Assembly: GCA_040770465.1 (NCBI GenBank)
Contig: JAXGJB010000006.1
Span: forward strand, 32,822-96,821
Length of the DNA: 64,000 nt
Direction of reading: 5' to 3'
From: Methanothrix sp.
Lineage (GTDB): Archaea; Halobacteriota; Methanosarcinia; Methanotrichales; Methanotrichaceae
Part shown: one piece after another, positions 1-9,222 of the stretch
Position numbering within the stretch: position 1 is the first letter of the stretch
Layout of the letters: every line of letters starts with the position of its first letter
Position numbers and translations under genes: made by a program
Notes under the pieces: generated by a model
The model's database searches: none
Seen by the model: only the letters and a program-made list of their open reading frames with translations
Told to the model about the DNA's origin: nothing

Positions 1-28
1 TGAATGTATTCTCGTCTGAGGTGAGAAT

Positions 29-859
29 TTGAAAGATCAGGATGTCAAAAGAGTCGTGAAGGAGAGGTATGGCCGCGTTGCAAGAGAGGTCGGATCGTGC
101 TGCTGCTCGTCTACCTGCTGCGGGACCGCAAAGCCCCAGGAGATCGGGAAGAAGATCGGATACTCCGAGGAGGAGCTGGCAACCGCCCCTGCGGGATCAA
201 ACCTGGGGCTCGGCTGCGGAAACCCCACCGCCCTCGCATCGATCCGGGAGAGAGAGACGGTCCTGGACCTGGGATCTGGAGCAGGATTTGACTGCTTCTT
301 AGCCTCCGAGAAGGTCGGCCCGAAGGGAAAGGTGATAGGCGTCGACATGACCGGAGAGATGGTGGACCGGGCCAGGGCCAACGCCGCCGCCGGCGGGTAC
401 AAGAATGTGGAGTTCAGGCTCGGCGAGATCGAGACCCTCCCGGTAGAGGACGAATCCATCGATCTGGTGATATCAAACTGCGTCATCAACCTCGTCCCCG
501 ACAAGAGGGCAGCCTTCAGAGAGGCCTATCGGGTTCTCAGGCCCGGCGGGAGGCTCGTCGTCTCAGATATCGTTCTGCTGGGTGAACTGCCGGATCTCGT
601 CAAAGATTCGGTTGAGGCCTATGTCGGCTGCGTCTCCGGCGCCGTCTTTAAAGATGAATATCTGGATGCGATATGGTCTGCGGGGTTCATGGATGTGAGG
701 GTGATTGATGAATCGGCCTTCTCCCTGGACTGCGTGACCAGCGACCCGACTGGCCGGGCTCTCCTGGACAGTCAGAAAGCCGAGGGGGAAGGGATGGGAG
801 AAGTCGAGAGAGCGATCGTCAGCATAAAAGTCATCGCGTCCAAACCCGGTGAAGCGTAA
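29..859 (+). CDS. arsM: Arsenite S-adenosylmethionine methyltransferase
   Basis: SAM motif VLDLGSGAGFD, LGLGCGNP, ISNCVINL and YVGCVSGA cysteines, Cys-rich N-terminus; next to ars genes. Confidence 0.92.
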   Translation: MKDQDVKRVVKERYGRVAREVGSCCCSSTCCGTAKPQEIGKKIGYSEEELATAPAGSNLGLGCGNPTALASIRERETVLDLGSGAGFDCFLASEKVGPKGKVIGVDMTGEMVDRARANAAAGGYKNVEFRLGEIETLPVEDESIDLVISNCVINLVPDKRAAFREAYRVLRPGGRLVVSDIVLLGELPDLVKDSVEAYVGCVSGAVFKDEYLDAIWSAGFMDVRVIDESAFSLDCVTSDPTGRALLDSQKAEGEGMGEVERAIVSIKVIASKPGEA

Positions 860-928
860 GAAGAGGGGGAAGAATAAGAATCAAGGGGGGCAGGACCAGA
901 AGAAGTCCTTACCCGGATGTAATGAGTC

Positions 929-1330
929 CTAAGGCTGAACCCTCAACCCCTCTTTGATCTTCTTCACCACTTTCGCACAGTCGGAAGCGTCGACATCGAG
1001 GCTCGGAGACTTCTCTATCCCGAGGTCGGTCACCACCACCGATAAGGCTGATTCCAAGCCTGCGTGATCCAGGATCTTCTTCGCACATTGGACTGGACAG
1101 CCATCTATCGTCACCAGATTCCTCTCCTTGGCCGGCAAGATCATGGTCTCCAGGTGAGCGCCGATCCCTGCGAGGCAGAAGAGCCGGCCTCTCCCCTCCC
1201 TCGCGAGCTCCACCGCCGCCTGGTTGGATATCTGGCCTACGTTCGAGCCGCCGGCGCAGGCCAATAATAGCAGGTCGCCGGAAGCACAGAGACATTCCTC
1301 TTCCTTCCGCTCATTCTCTTCTTCGAGCAA
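929..1330 (-). CDS. DGC-domain putative zinc-binding protein
   Basis: CAGGSNVGQ, FCLAGIG, IDGCPVQCA motifs typical of the DGC family; in ars operon. Confidence 0.85.
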   Translation of the reverse strand: MLEEENERKEEECLCASGDLLLLACAGGSNVGQISNQAAVELAREGRGRLFCLAGIGAHLETMILPAKERNLVTIDGCPVQCAKKILDHAGLESALSVVVTDLGIEKSPSLDVDASDCAKVVKKIKEGLRVQP

Positions 1331-1336
1331 TATTTT

Positions 1337-1573
1337 TCACCTCTTCAGCATCCCCTTTATCTCCGCCACCGATGGCGCCCTTCCCACGGCCACCGCCTCA
1401 CCGTCGATGAAGAGGGCAGGGGTCATCATCACTCCGCGGTTCATTATCTCCTGAAGGCTCTCCACCTTCACGATCTCCGCCTCGACCCCGGCCTCGGCCA
1501 CCGCCTTTTCGACGTTTTTTGCAAGAGACTTGCACTTGGAACACCCGGTACCCAAAACTTCTATCTTCATCAT
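1337..1573 (-). CDS. Small redox-active disulfide protein (thioredoxin-like)
   Basis: KIEVLGTGCSKC (CxxC) and GVMMTPAL motifs. Confidence 0.9.
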   Translation of the reverse strand: MMKIEVLGTGCSKCKSLAKNVEKAVAEAGVEAEIVKVESLQEIMNRGVMMTPALFIDGEAVAVGRAPSVAEIKGMLKR

Positions 1574-1615
1574 AGCCTTTCACATCCTCAAATCAGGTTT
1601 TGACTTACGAAATAA

Positions 1616-2692
1616 CTACGTTATCGCCCCGTAGATCATGCCCATCGCCGTCGATAGGAGGACGACGAGGGTGATGTAGACGCTCGCCCTCTTCGATCCG
1701 ATTATCCGCCAGATGACGATCATGTTCGGAAGGCTCATGGAGGGGCCCGCGAGGAGGAGGGCCAGCGCTGGTCCAGAGGCCATCGCCCCCGACGAGTAGC
1801 CGAACAAGGTGCCGACTATCGGAACCTCCAGGAGGGTCGGCATGTACAGGAGGGACCCTATCACCGAGGCGACGAGACAGGCGACGAAGTCGCTCTCGCC
1901 GAAGACCGTCTTGATCAGGTCCACGGGCAGATAGTAGCCTATGATGCCTGTTATGAAGGTCCCCACGAGAAGAAGGGGAAAGATCCGCTTGGCGAGCCAC
2001 CAGGTCTCTCCGAAGAAGGATGACCTCTCCGTCTCGGAGAAGTATGCTCCCAGAAGCAAAGCCGATGCCAGGACCAGGATCGCGACCAGGGCGGCCTTCG
2101 GCACGAGGGCGAGGCCCGAGGTGGCGGCGAGGAGGACGGCGACCAAGACCCCGACGAAGAGGGGCGGGACGTATCCGGGCCTCTTATCTTCGTCTCCGGC
2201 TTTCGAGGGTGGGATCTCGCAGGCAGCCGTCTCATCCGCCTCTTTTGGTCCCCGCTCGAAGATGGCGGCCATGACGAGACCGATGATCACCGACATCGAG
2301 ACGGCTGCGACGACCCGAGCGGCGCCCAGCTCCAACCCCAGAACCCGGGCCGTCAGGACCACGGCCAGGAGGTTTATGGCGGGACCTGCAAATAAGAACG
2401 CAGTGGCGGGACCGATCCCGGCGCCTCGCCGATGAATCCCCGCAAACATCGGGAGGATCGTACAGCTGCAGACGGCAAGGATGGTGCCAGAGGTGGAGGC
2501 GACGCTGTAGCATAACCATTTCGGTGCGTCTTTTCCGAAGTACTTTAAGACCGCCTCCCTCTGGAGAAGGGCGGCTATCGCCCCTGCTATGAAGAAGGCC
2601 GGTATGAGGCAGGTGAGGACGTGGGCCGAGAGGTACTCCATCAGAGCCTCAAAGCCAGCCTCCAACGGTGGCGAGAATATTTCCGGATTCAA
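1616..2692 (-). CDS. ArsP/DUF318-family permease
   Basis: Multi-TM protein with AVCSCTILP and FLFAGPAIN motifs; operon with ArsR. Confidence 0.85.
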   Translation of the reverse strand: MNPEIFSPPLEAGFEALMEYLSAHVLTCLIPAFFIAGAIAALLQREAVLKYFGKDAPKWLCYSVASTSGTILAVCSCTILPMFAGIHRRGAGIGPATAFLFAGPAINLLAVVLTARVLGLELGAARVVAAVSMSVIIGLVMAAIFERGPKEADETAACEIPPSKAGDEDKRPGYVPPLFVGVLVAVLLAATSGLALVPKAALVAILVLASALLLGAYFSETERSSFFGETWWLAKRIFPLLLVGTFITGIIGYYLPVDLIKTVFGESDFVACLVASVIGSLLYMPTLLEVPIVGTLFGYSSGAMASGPALALLLAGPSMSLPNMIVIWRIIGSKRASVYITLVVLLSTAMGMIYGAIT

Positions 2693-2764
2693 AGCATCAC
2701 AACCTGGGACCTTTGGCAGATGTAAACGCCAACGACATCAGACAACTCCTGCAATTCTTCAAAC

Positions 2765-3097
2765 TCATCCGACAGAGCCCTTCAAGATCTCTTCGGCCTT
2801 CTTCAGCTCAGATATCTCCTCCAAAGCGAGAGCGTCCACCTCTCGCAGAAGGTCGAATATCCTTGGGTTCTTCACCTGGTAGAGGGTCCGCTTGCCGTCT
2901 ATCCTTCTCTCCAATATCCCCGCCTCGTTGAGGATGGCCAGGTGCTTTGATATGGTGGACTGAGCCCTGCCGAAGGCGGGAACGATCTCGCAGACGCACC
3001 TCTCCTCTCGTCCGAGAAACTCTATTATCTCAAGCCTTGTGGGGTCGGAGAGGGCGCCGAGGATCTTGGCGCGCCAATTGGTGGCCGATCTTCTCAT
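2765..3097 (-). CDS. arsR: ArsR/SmtB family transcriptional repressor
   Basis: ALSDPTRLEI...ERCVCEI...QSTISKHLAIL HTH. Confidence 0.9.
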   Translation of the reverse strand: MRRSATNWRAKILGALSDPTRLEIIEFLGREERCVCEIVPAFGRAQSTISKHLAILNEAGILERRIDGKRTLYQVKNPRIFDLLREVDALALEEISELKKAEEILKGSVG

Positions 3098-3123
3098 CGT
3101 ATCGGAGACTCAAAGCAACTGAT

Positions 3124-3137
3124 TCTTATATATACAT
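3124..3137 (-). promoter_or_regulatory. Probable TATA box of the arsR operon
   Basis: TATATATAAG on the minus strand about 30 nt upstream of the arsR ATG. Confidence 0.55.
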
Positions 3138-3206
3138 ATCGCCATGAAGCGATTTAGCCTCAGCCAGGTTTTGAACTTGCCACAAGTCAACTTCCGCCGG
3201 AGCCCT

Positions 3207-3362
3207 TCACCTCACCCTCTTGATATTCCTCGACCGGCAGGATTGGCAGGCGACGACGACTCCTGAGGCCTTGAAATCGATCCCGCAGTTGAGGCACTTG
3301 AACTGTTTCTCGTAGAGAGACCCCTCGGCGGGGTCTATCGAGCAGCCGCATATGTTGCACAT
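3207..3362 (-). CDS. 51-aa Cys-rich zinc-ribbon microprotein (not in ORF track)
   Basis: Manual translation MCNICGCSIDPAEGSLYEKQFKCLNCGIDFKASGVVVACQSCRSRNIKRVR*; CxxCxC plus two CxxC. Confidence 0.75.
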   Translation of the reverse strand: MCNICGCSIDPAEGSLYEKQFKCLNCGIDFKASGVVVACQSCRSRNIKRVR

Positions 3363-3383
3363 GGAGCAAAAACCCCCGTTACG

Positions 3384-3665
3384 TCATCGGATATCCAAAA
3401 GTTCCTCGATATATCCGAGGGCGATCTTCCCAGCTATCTCCAGGGACTTCAGGGGGTTCCACCCCTTGACACCGCCGTAGGCGGTGGGGTGGCCCTCCTC
3501 GTATGTGATCCCCGAATCTCCGTACACGTCGTCCGCCACGCTCCCCGCGAAGATGGCGACGAGGAGCGTCGATATCCCCAACATGGCAAGCTTGCCCGCC
3601 CTTCCAAGGACCGCCATAACTGTCTTTATCGTTATGGCCGTCCTGGAGATATCCCTTACCCTCAA
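3384..3665 (-). CDS. Small hypothetical membrane-anchored or secreted protein
   Basis: Hydrophobic stretch LGISTLLVAIFAG; collinear with thiI; start uncertain. Confidence 0.5.
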   Translation of the reverse strand: MRVRDISRTAITIKTVMAVLGRAGKLAMLGISTLLVAIFAGSVADDVYGDSGITYEEGHPTAYGGVKGWNPLKSLEIAGKIALGYIEELLDIR

Positions 3666-3698
3666 AAATAGCAGAACTCAACTCTTCTGGCTCTGAGA

Positions 3699-4844
3699 TC
3701 AGATCCTCGTCTTTTCCCTCTCGGCGAACAGGGCTCGCGCCATCGCCTCAAGTTCAAGCTCCTCCTCCATCGCCCTGATCTCCCCGGCCTTCGCCCGGGT
3801 CATCGGCTTCTTAGGCGCGGCGGCGCAGGTCCCGGCGTCCGCCGTCGCCCGGTACGTCCCGATCTTACGGGCCAAGTCTGTGATCTCCGACTTGTCCATG
3901 GCGATGAGGGGGTGGTAAATGGAAAGGTCGATCCCCGACTGCTCTGCCATGATGTTCGCCGGGGTCTGGGAGGCGACCTGGCCCAGGGAGTAGCCGGTCA
4001 CAACGCCGAATGCCTCCTCCTCATCCATCACGAGCTTCGCGATCCTGTACATCAGCCGCCGGCATAGTAGGCAGGTGGCCCGGGGCTCGGCGGAGGTTAT
4101 CCTCGAAAGGCCCGCGCCGATCGGCACCTGGATGAAGTTGATCTTCCGCCCGGAGGTCCACCGGCGCAGAACCTCTGCCGACTTCATCGCCTGGGAGAGG
4201 GCGTCGACGTAAGGCCGGGGGTCAAAATAGAGGAGGGATACCGGGCAGCCCCTCCGCATCATCATCCAGGCGGCGACGGGCGAGTCGATCCCCCCGGAGA
4301 TTAGGGCGAGCATCCGGGGCTGGGTCCCCAGGGGCAGGCCGCCGACGCCGCGGGCGACCTCGGTGAAGACGAAGACCTTCTTCTCCCGAGCCTCGACGAA
4401 GATCTCAAGCTCGGGGCCCGTCAGGTCCACCTTAGATCCCGTCCTTGCCTTTACGGCTTCGCCTGCAGAGACGGCGATCTCGGTGCTCGATATCTCGCCT
4501 CCGCCCCGGCGGGATCTGATGGCGAAGGAAGAAGGCTGCAGCTCAAATGCGATATCTGAGGCGACCTTTGAGACCGCGTTCAGGTCGGGCTCGCAGGTCC
4601 AGACGGGGCTAGTCGAGACGACCCCAAAAACGTCGGCTATGATTCCGGGGGCCCTGGGGTCGGACGTGAGGACGAAGATCCTCCCCCGTTCCAGGGATAC
4701 CTGGTGATCTATCCCCGCCTCCAACAGGTCGTGCGCGATGTTCGAGGCGAGGGTCCTCTCCCAGCTCTTCCTGGTCCAGGGGTCCTTGAGGGCGATCTCG
4801 CCGTATCTGACCAGGACGGAGTCGAAAGAGGGGATAGAGGCCAT
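3699..4844 (-). CDS. thiI: tRNA 4-thiouridine synthase ThiI (THUMP + PP-loop, no rhodanese domain)
   Basis: VRYGEIALK, SGGIDS PP-loop, CLLCRR CxxC, GQVASQT. Confidence 0.93.
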   Translation of the reverse strand: MASIPSFDSVLVRYGEIALKDPWTRKSWERTLASNIAHDLLEAGIDHQVSLERGRIFVLTSDPRAPGIIADVFGVVSTSPVWTCEPDLNAVSKVASDIAFELQPSSFAIRSRRGGGEISSTEIAVSAGEAVKARTGSKVDLTGPELEIFVEAREKKVFVFTEVARGVGGLPLGTQPRMLALISGGIDSPVAAWMMMRRGCPVSLLYFDPRPYVDALSQAMKSAEVLRRWTSGRKINFIQVPIGAGLSRITSAEPRATCLLCRRLMYRIAKLVMDEEEAFGVVTGYSLGQVASQTPANIMAEQSGIDLSIYHPLIAMDKSEITDLARKIGTYRATADAGTCAAAPKKPMTRAKAGEIRAMEEELELEAMARALFAEREKTRI

Positions 4845-4863
4845 ATCGGCCTTTACCTAGCCT

Positions 4864-5043
4864 TCAGGTCCTGGCGGCGATGGCCTTCGCGGACCGCGCT
4901 ATCTTCCTTCTCCTCGCACCGGAGGAGGTGTACTTCTGGAGGGGGCCGGGTTTCTTGTGAGAGGCCTCGGCGTTAGGCACCTGTCTAATCTGACCTTTTC
5001 TTCCCTTTATCTTGGTCCATTCAACGCTTCCTGTCTTTCCCAT
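4864..5043 (-). CDS. 59-aa very basic protein, resembles methanogen DUF5350 family (not in ORF track)
   Basis: Manual translation MGKTGSVEWTKIKGRKGQIRQVPNAEASHKKPGPLQKYTSSGARRRKIARSAKAIAART*; TTTAA TATA-like element upstream. Confidence 0.75.
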   Translation of the reverse strand: MGKTGSVEWTKIKGRKGQIRQVPNAEASHKKPGPLQKYTSSGARRRKIARSAKAIAART

Positions 5044-5140
5044 AAGCGGTAACTACCAGGATCGATCTTAAATAGGTTTCGAGGAACGGGGCGAATATCG
5101 GTCCGGTTCCCCCACCGAAGAGAGGCGGAAGAGAGGGCGA

Positions 5141-6319
5141 GTGAAGAGAACACTTATAGGCGGGAATACCATCAACGCATGTGTGAACCGCGAGACGGCC
5201 CTTCCCAGGATCCAGGTCAGCAAGTCGTCAGCCCTCGTTCTCGTGGGGCTTGGGGTCTACCTCGCATACCTCCGGCACCTGGGGCTGGGGGAGGTGGCCG
5301 AGAGCCTGGACGGCGTGAGCCTTCCGGTCTTCTCTTCGGCCCTGATTCTGTCCCTCATGATGGTGGCCTTCAACGCCCTCTCCTGGAGGAGGGTGGCCGA
5401 AGAGCTCGACCGCCGGGCGTCTTTTTGCGATCTCTTCATAATCTACCTCTCCAGCATCTTCCTCAACAACCTCATCCCCACGGGGAGCTTCTCGGGGGAG
5501 ACGGCCCGGCTCTACTTCATGGAGAAGGTAGGCGGCGGCTCAGGTTCCGACTCAAGTTCCAGTTTCAGTTCCAACCCCAGCACCACCTCTCTACCCCGAT
5601 CGAGCTTCGGCGCGAGCTTCGCGTCCGTCGCCGCGAGCAGGATCATCACCGCCGTCCCCTTCATCCTCGGGATGATCCTGGGGCTCGCCTACCTGACATC
5701 CTCGCGCCAGGTGCCGGGGTGGGCCCTCAAAACCTGTTTCGCCATGATGATCCTGTCGGTCACCGCGGGTTTCGCCTTCGTCGGGATCTGCTTTGAAGAG
5801 CGATGGCTCCAGAGGATGGTGGGCGTCACCATCGGCCCCCTGGGGAGGATATTTCGCCGGGATATGGACCGGGAGCTCTGTTCGGGCGCAGTGACCGGGT
5901 TTATGAGGAGCATGGTCCTTCTGAGGCAGAAGAACAGAGCCCTCCTGGAGAGCCTCGTCTGGGCCTTCGCGGGCTGGCTCTGCCTTGAGATGGTGGCCTA
6001 TGCCGCCTTCCGGTCCCTCGGAGTCCACGTCCCCCTCCTCGCCATCTTCGCCGTCTACTCGGTCGTCATCGTCTTTCAGACCCTCCCCATCGGCCTTCCG
6101 GGCGGGATTGGCCTTGTGGAGATTCTGATGACCGCCCTATTCGGCGCCGTGGGGATTCCGATCCACGATGCCGCCGCCGTCACCATACTCATCCGCCTCG
6201 TACAGCTCTGGTTTCTAGCGATCCTCGGAGGCGTGTCCACCGTCCATCTGATAAGGCGGATCGAGAGGGAGCAGAACGGCCGCGAGCCAAGGGTGAGTTC
6301 GGAAGGCGCCGGGATCTGA
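5141..6319 (+). CDS. Lysylphosphatidylglycerol-synthase TM / flippase-like membrane protein (UPF0104)
   Basis: FLNNLIPTGSFSGE and PGGIGLVE motifs, multiple TMs; start uncertain. Confidence 0.8.
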   Translation: MKRTLIGGNTINACVNRETALPRIQVSKSSALVLVGLGVYLAYLRHLGLGEVAESLDGVSLPVFSSALILSLMMVAFNALSWRRVAEELDRRASFCDLFIIYLSSIFLNNLIPTGSFSGETARLYFMEKVGGGSGSDSSSSFSSNPSTTSLPRSSFGASFASVAASRIITAVPFILGMILGLAYLTSSRQVPGWALKTCFAMMILSVTAGFAFVGICFEERWLQRMVGVTIGPLGRIFRRDMDRELCSGAVTGFMRSMVLLRQKNRALLESLVWAFAGWLCLEMVAYAAFRSLGVHVPLLAIFAVYSVVIVFQTLPIGLPGGIGLVEILMTALFGAVGIPIHDAAAVTILIRLVQLWFLAILGGVSTVHLIRRIEREQNGREPRVSSEGAGI

Positions 6320-6360
6320 AATAGAGTTAAATACCATCGAGGCGTCAAGCCCCGTCTAGC

Positions 6361-6435
6361 GGGACAGTAGGGTAGCCTGGTCCATCCTCGAGCGTTTGGG
6401 ACGCTTGGACTGCGGTTCAAATCCGCGCTGTCCCA
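6361..6435 (+). tRNA. tRNA-Pro(TGG)
   Basis: Acceptor GGGACAG/CTGTCCC, anticodon arm GAGCG-TTTGGGA-CGCTT, T-loop GGTTCAAATCC; TTAAATA upstream. Confidence 0.95.
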
Positions 6436-6546
6436 TCAACTGGTTTTCAAAGCGATTCGCGATTTTGACGGTCAAATTCCGAGGCCATTTTTCATCCACC
6501 CAAAATTTTTTGCCAAAAGGTGCGAAGACACCGACCGGAAAAGGAA

Positions 6547-6810
6547 CTGAGGAGAGCGAAGCCGCTCATCGTCCCGGCGCTGCTGATGCTGTCGTTCGCA
6601 GCGACCGCGCTGGCAGAAACGACGGGAAACGAAAGCGGCACATGTCAGGTGCGATCCACAAACCCTTCTGAGAGCGAGTCCCCAGGAGCTGTACCAGTAC
6701 CAGAAAGTCCAGAATCTGCCAAAAAAAACGCTGGTGGAGACAATCATCGGTCCTCCTGTTTTTATTCTGCCGCCAATATTATAGTCATAAACCTGACTAT
6801 TAGATCTTAA
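6547..6810 (+). CDS. Short secreted hypothetical protein or remnant
   Basis: Signal-peptide-like RRAKPLIVPALLMLSFAATALA beginning at a CTG after AAGGAA; low-complexity remainder. Confidence 0.4.
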   Translation: MRRAKPLIVPALLMLSFAATALAETTGNESGTCQVRSTNPSESESPGAVPVPESPESAKKNAGGDNHRSSCFYSAANIIVINLTIRS

Positions 6811-6850
6811 TTTTCCGTCTATATCCCAAATCCTCAGTTAAAAATCAGAT

Positions 6851-6938
6851 TGGTGCGGGGGATGGGATTCGAACCCACGAACTCCTGCGAGACTAGGCCC
6901 TGAACCTAGCGCCGTTGACCTGGCTTGGCGACCCCCGC
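6851..6938 (-). tRNA. tRNA-Leu(CAG), CCA encoded
   Basis: Reverse complement GCGGGGG...CTAGG-TTCAGGG-CCTAG, long variable arm, GGTTCGAATCC...CCCCCGCACCA. Confidence 0.95.
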
Positions 6939-7072
6939 GCTAAGAGGCAACGTTGAAGTCTCAGTACACCTATTTAATTGTATTCGTGCGCGGTGCCATG
7001 ATGAGCCGACCTGCCTGATCGATGATGAGGATTTTGAGTCCCTGAGCGCCGTCTTCGCCTTATCCTCATAAT

Positions 7073-7165
7073 TTACAGATCCCGATGGGGATCAGATCGC
7101 AGCCGGTGCGCGTGCTGATAAGCAGCCGGTCTAGGCGACGTCGCCCCTCAGCCCTGCTCGCCGAT
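7073..7165 (-). repeat. Degenerate copy of the 3' end of the radical SAM gene (7978-~8066)
   Basis: TTACAGATCCCGATGGGG..AGATCGCAGCCGGTGC..GGCGACGTCGCCCC..GCCCTGCTCG occurs at both sites with indels. Confidence 0.85.
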
Positions 7166-7215
7166 GGCGGGCGGCCACTGTGCCCCAATCTTGCTGATCA
7201 TAATTTCATTATGTG

Positions 7216-7863
7216 TCACTCTGACAGTTGTCCGGGGATCATGGAAATGATATGCGGTTCACATGCCGTCTGATTTCTCGAGACCCCCCATTCGTACAGC
7301 ACGTCTGATGTTCTCGAATTGCTTATCTCGCCGAGGGCCCAGGCTGCGTTCATCCGGACATGCTGATCGGTATCCGCATGACGGTAGCCGGTATCGTTGA
7401 GCAAACTGGTCAGGGGTTCAACGGCCTTGGGGTCGCCTATCCGACCGAGAGAATGGGCTGCGACCGCCCGGACACCATCATCCTCATCATCGAGGGACGC
7501 GATGAGGGGATCTGTCGCCCTCGGATCGCCGATCTCACCGAGAGCCCAGGCAGCATACATCCGAACATCGCTGTTCGAGTCATTCAGCGCCAAGATCAGG
7601 GGATAAACGGCCCGCGGGTCGCCGATATCGCCGAGAGCTACCGCAGATGAAGATCGGACTTCGTCATCTGAATCGTTCAATGTTCGAATCAGAGGATCTA
7701 CAGCCTTGGGGTTGCTTATCAAGCCGAGAGCCCAGGCGCTGCCCTCCCGGACGCCGGGATCGCCGACGCTCAGATCCGATATGAATTTGTCCACCTCATC
7801 GGCTTCAACAGGCATCATCAGAGTCGCCAGCATAAGCGCGCAAAAGATCAATCCCGGTCTCAT
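7216..7863 (-). CDS. HEAT (PBS lyase-type) repeat protein with signal peptide
   Basis: Repeats VR.xAAxALGxIGDPxAVxPLIxxLxD; N-terminal hydrophobic signal. Confidence 0.85.
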   Translation of the reverse strand: MRPGLIFCALMLATLMMPVEADEVDKFISDLSVGDPGVREGSAWALGLISNPKAVDPLIRTLNDSDDEVRSSSAVALGDIGDPRAVYPLILALNDSNSDVRMYAAWALGEIGDPRATDPLIASLDDEDDGVRAVAAHSLGRIGDPKAVEPLTSLLNDTGYRHADTDQHVRMNAAWALGEISNSRTSDVLYEWGVSRNQTACEPHIISMIPGQLSE

Positions 7864-7977
7864 CTACTCCCCTCTTTCCCTCTTTTGTGAATAACTGTCA
7901 CGATCCACTAAAAATGTTTCGGTGATGTGGCGATGCGACCTCTAAAGCTCCTCCCTGGTCTCAGACCCTGTCTCTGA

Positions 7978-8964
7978 TTACAGATCCCGATGGGGGACCA
8001 GATCGCAGCCGGTGCACCGATAGCATCCGGTCTCGGCGACGTCGCCCCGGAGGCCCTGCTCGTCGAGGACCTTCCGGAGATGACGGGCGAGGTCGATGAG
8101 CCGCTCCGCTGACGGCCTCGTCATCTCGATCTCGCCTCGCCTGAGGGGGTGGGGATAAACCGCCCTGATCACCGGAAGGACTCCCATCCCGGCCAGCTCC
8201 TCGATCCCGTCCCGGAGGGCGCGGTCCGACTCACCGAGGCCGACGATGACGTTCGAGAAGACCCTGTTCTCGCCGAAATGGCCGACGGCGTTCGAGAGCG
8301 CCGCCTTGATCTTATCGAGGGAGACGCCGGGGCAGACCCTCTCGAAGAGGACGGGGTCGAGGCACTCCACGTTGTACTTGATCTCGTCGGCCCCCGCCGC
8401 CTTCAGGATCTTGCTGGACCCGGGGGCTGGGGTGACCGAGACGCCTATCGGCAGATCGAACCTGCGAAGCGCCCTCACGATCTCGGCAACCCTTGCCACC
8501 TCCACCTCCGGAGACTGCTCGACCCCGCTGGTCAGGGATATCGCCTCAAGCTCCCCCGTCTCCTGGGCCCTGGCCACCATCTTCACGACCAACTCCCTCG
8601 ACTTAACCCCCCCCGAAAGCTTCGGTACGGCGCAGAACTTGCAGTCGTAGATGCACCTCTCGCTGACGGTGATGTAGGCCTGCCGGGGACAGTGGAGGAG
8701 AGGCTTTTCGAGGACCCCCCGAGCGACCTCTTTGCCATTCTCCAGTATAGCCACCTCGTCGCCACCAAGCTCCTCCAGCGTCAGGGGGGAGCCCTCCGCC
8801 ACGGAGAGCCTCACCCTCTTCCCGCCGGATCGGAAGAAGACGTTCTTCTCCCCGGCGCCCGGACCCGCCGTCGAGACGGGCCCCGAAGGGCGCAACACCT
8901 CCGGCAGCTCAACGTTGCCCCAGGAGATGAGTCGAGCTTTTGTCTTCGGGTCCATCGACATCAA
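7978..8964 (-). CDS. Radical SAM protein (biotin-synthase-related, function unknown)
   Basis: CIYDCKFC (CxxxCxxC); C-terminal GCYRCTGCD. Confidence 0.85.
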   Translation of the reverse strand: MMSMDPKTKARLISWGNVELPEVLRPSGPVSTAGPGAGEKNVFFRSGGKRVRLSVAEGSPLTLEELGGDEVAILENGKEVARGVLEKPLLHCPRQAYITVSERCIYDCKFCAVPKLSGGVKSRELVVKMVARAQETGELEAISLTSGVEQSPEVEVARVAEIVRALRRFDLPIGVSVTPAPGSSKILKAAGADEIKYNVECLDPVLFERVCPGVSLDKIKAALSNAVGHFGENRVFSNVIVGLGESDRALRDGIEELAGMGVLPVIRAVYPHPLRRGEIEMTRPSAERLIDLARHLRKVLDEQGLRGDVAETGCYRCTGCDLVPHRDL

Positions 8965-9222
8965 GTACCTCCCGAGAGTTTATAGGTATGACCCCACACC
9001 TCCAAGCCGAAAGTCGGCCGAAATGTGGAACCGGATTTTTGACCGCCGAGACCGTTCACTCGTCCAGCCGGTGGTAGACTGCCCGGAATTGGGGCCTGAA
9101 TTCATCGGCATAAATTCATAAAATCGCCCCACAAAGTGCATCTTGACTTTCATCGAACTGCAAACTTATTTCAGCGATGCCCATTCAAAATGACTCTCAG
9201 CAGGATGAAGAGGTGATTTGGA

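Noticed and set aside
29-3097. ars cluster as a novel system
   Set aside because: ArsR + permease + thioredoxin-like + DGC + ArsM is a known arrangement in anaerobes and methanogens
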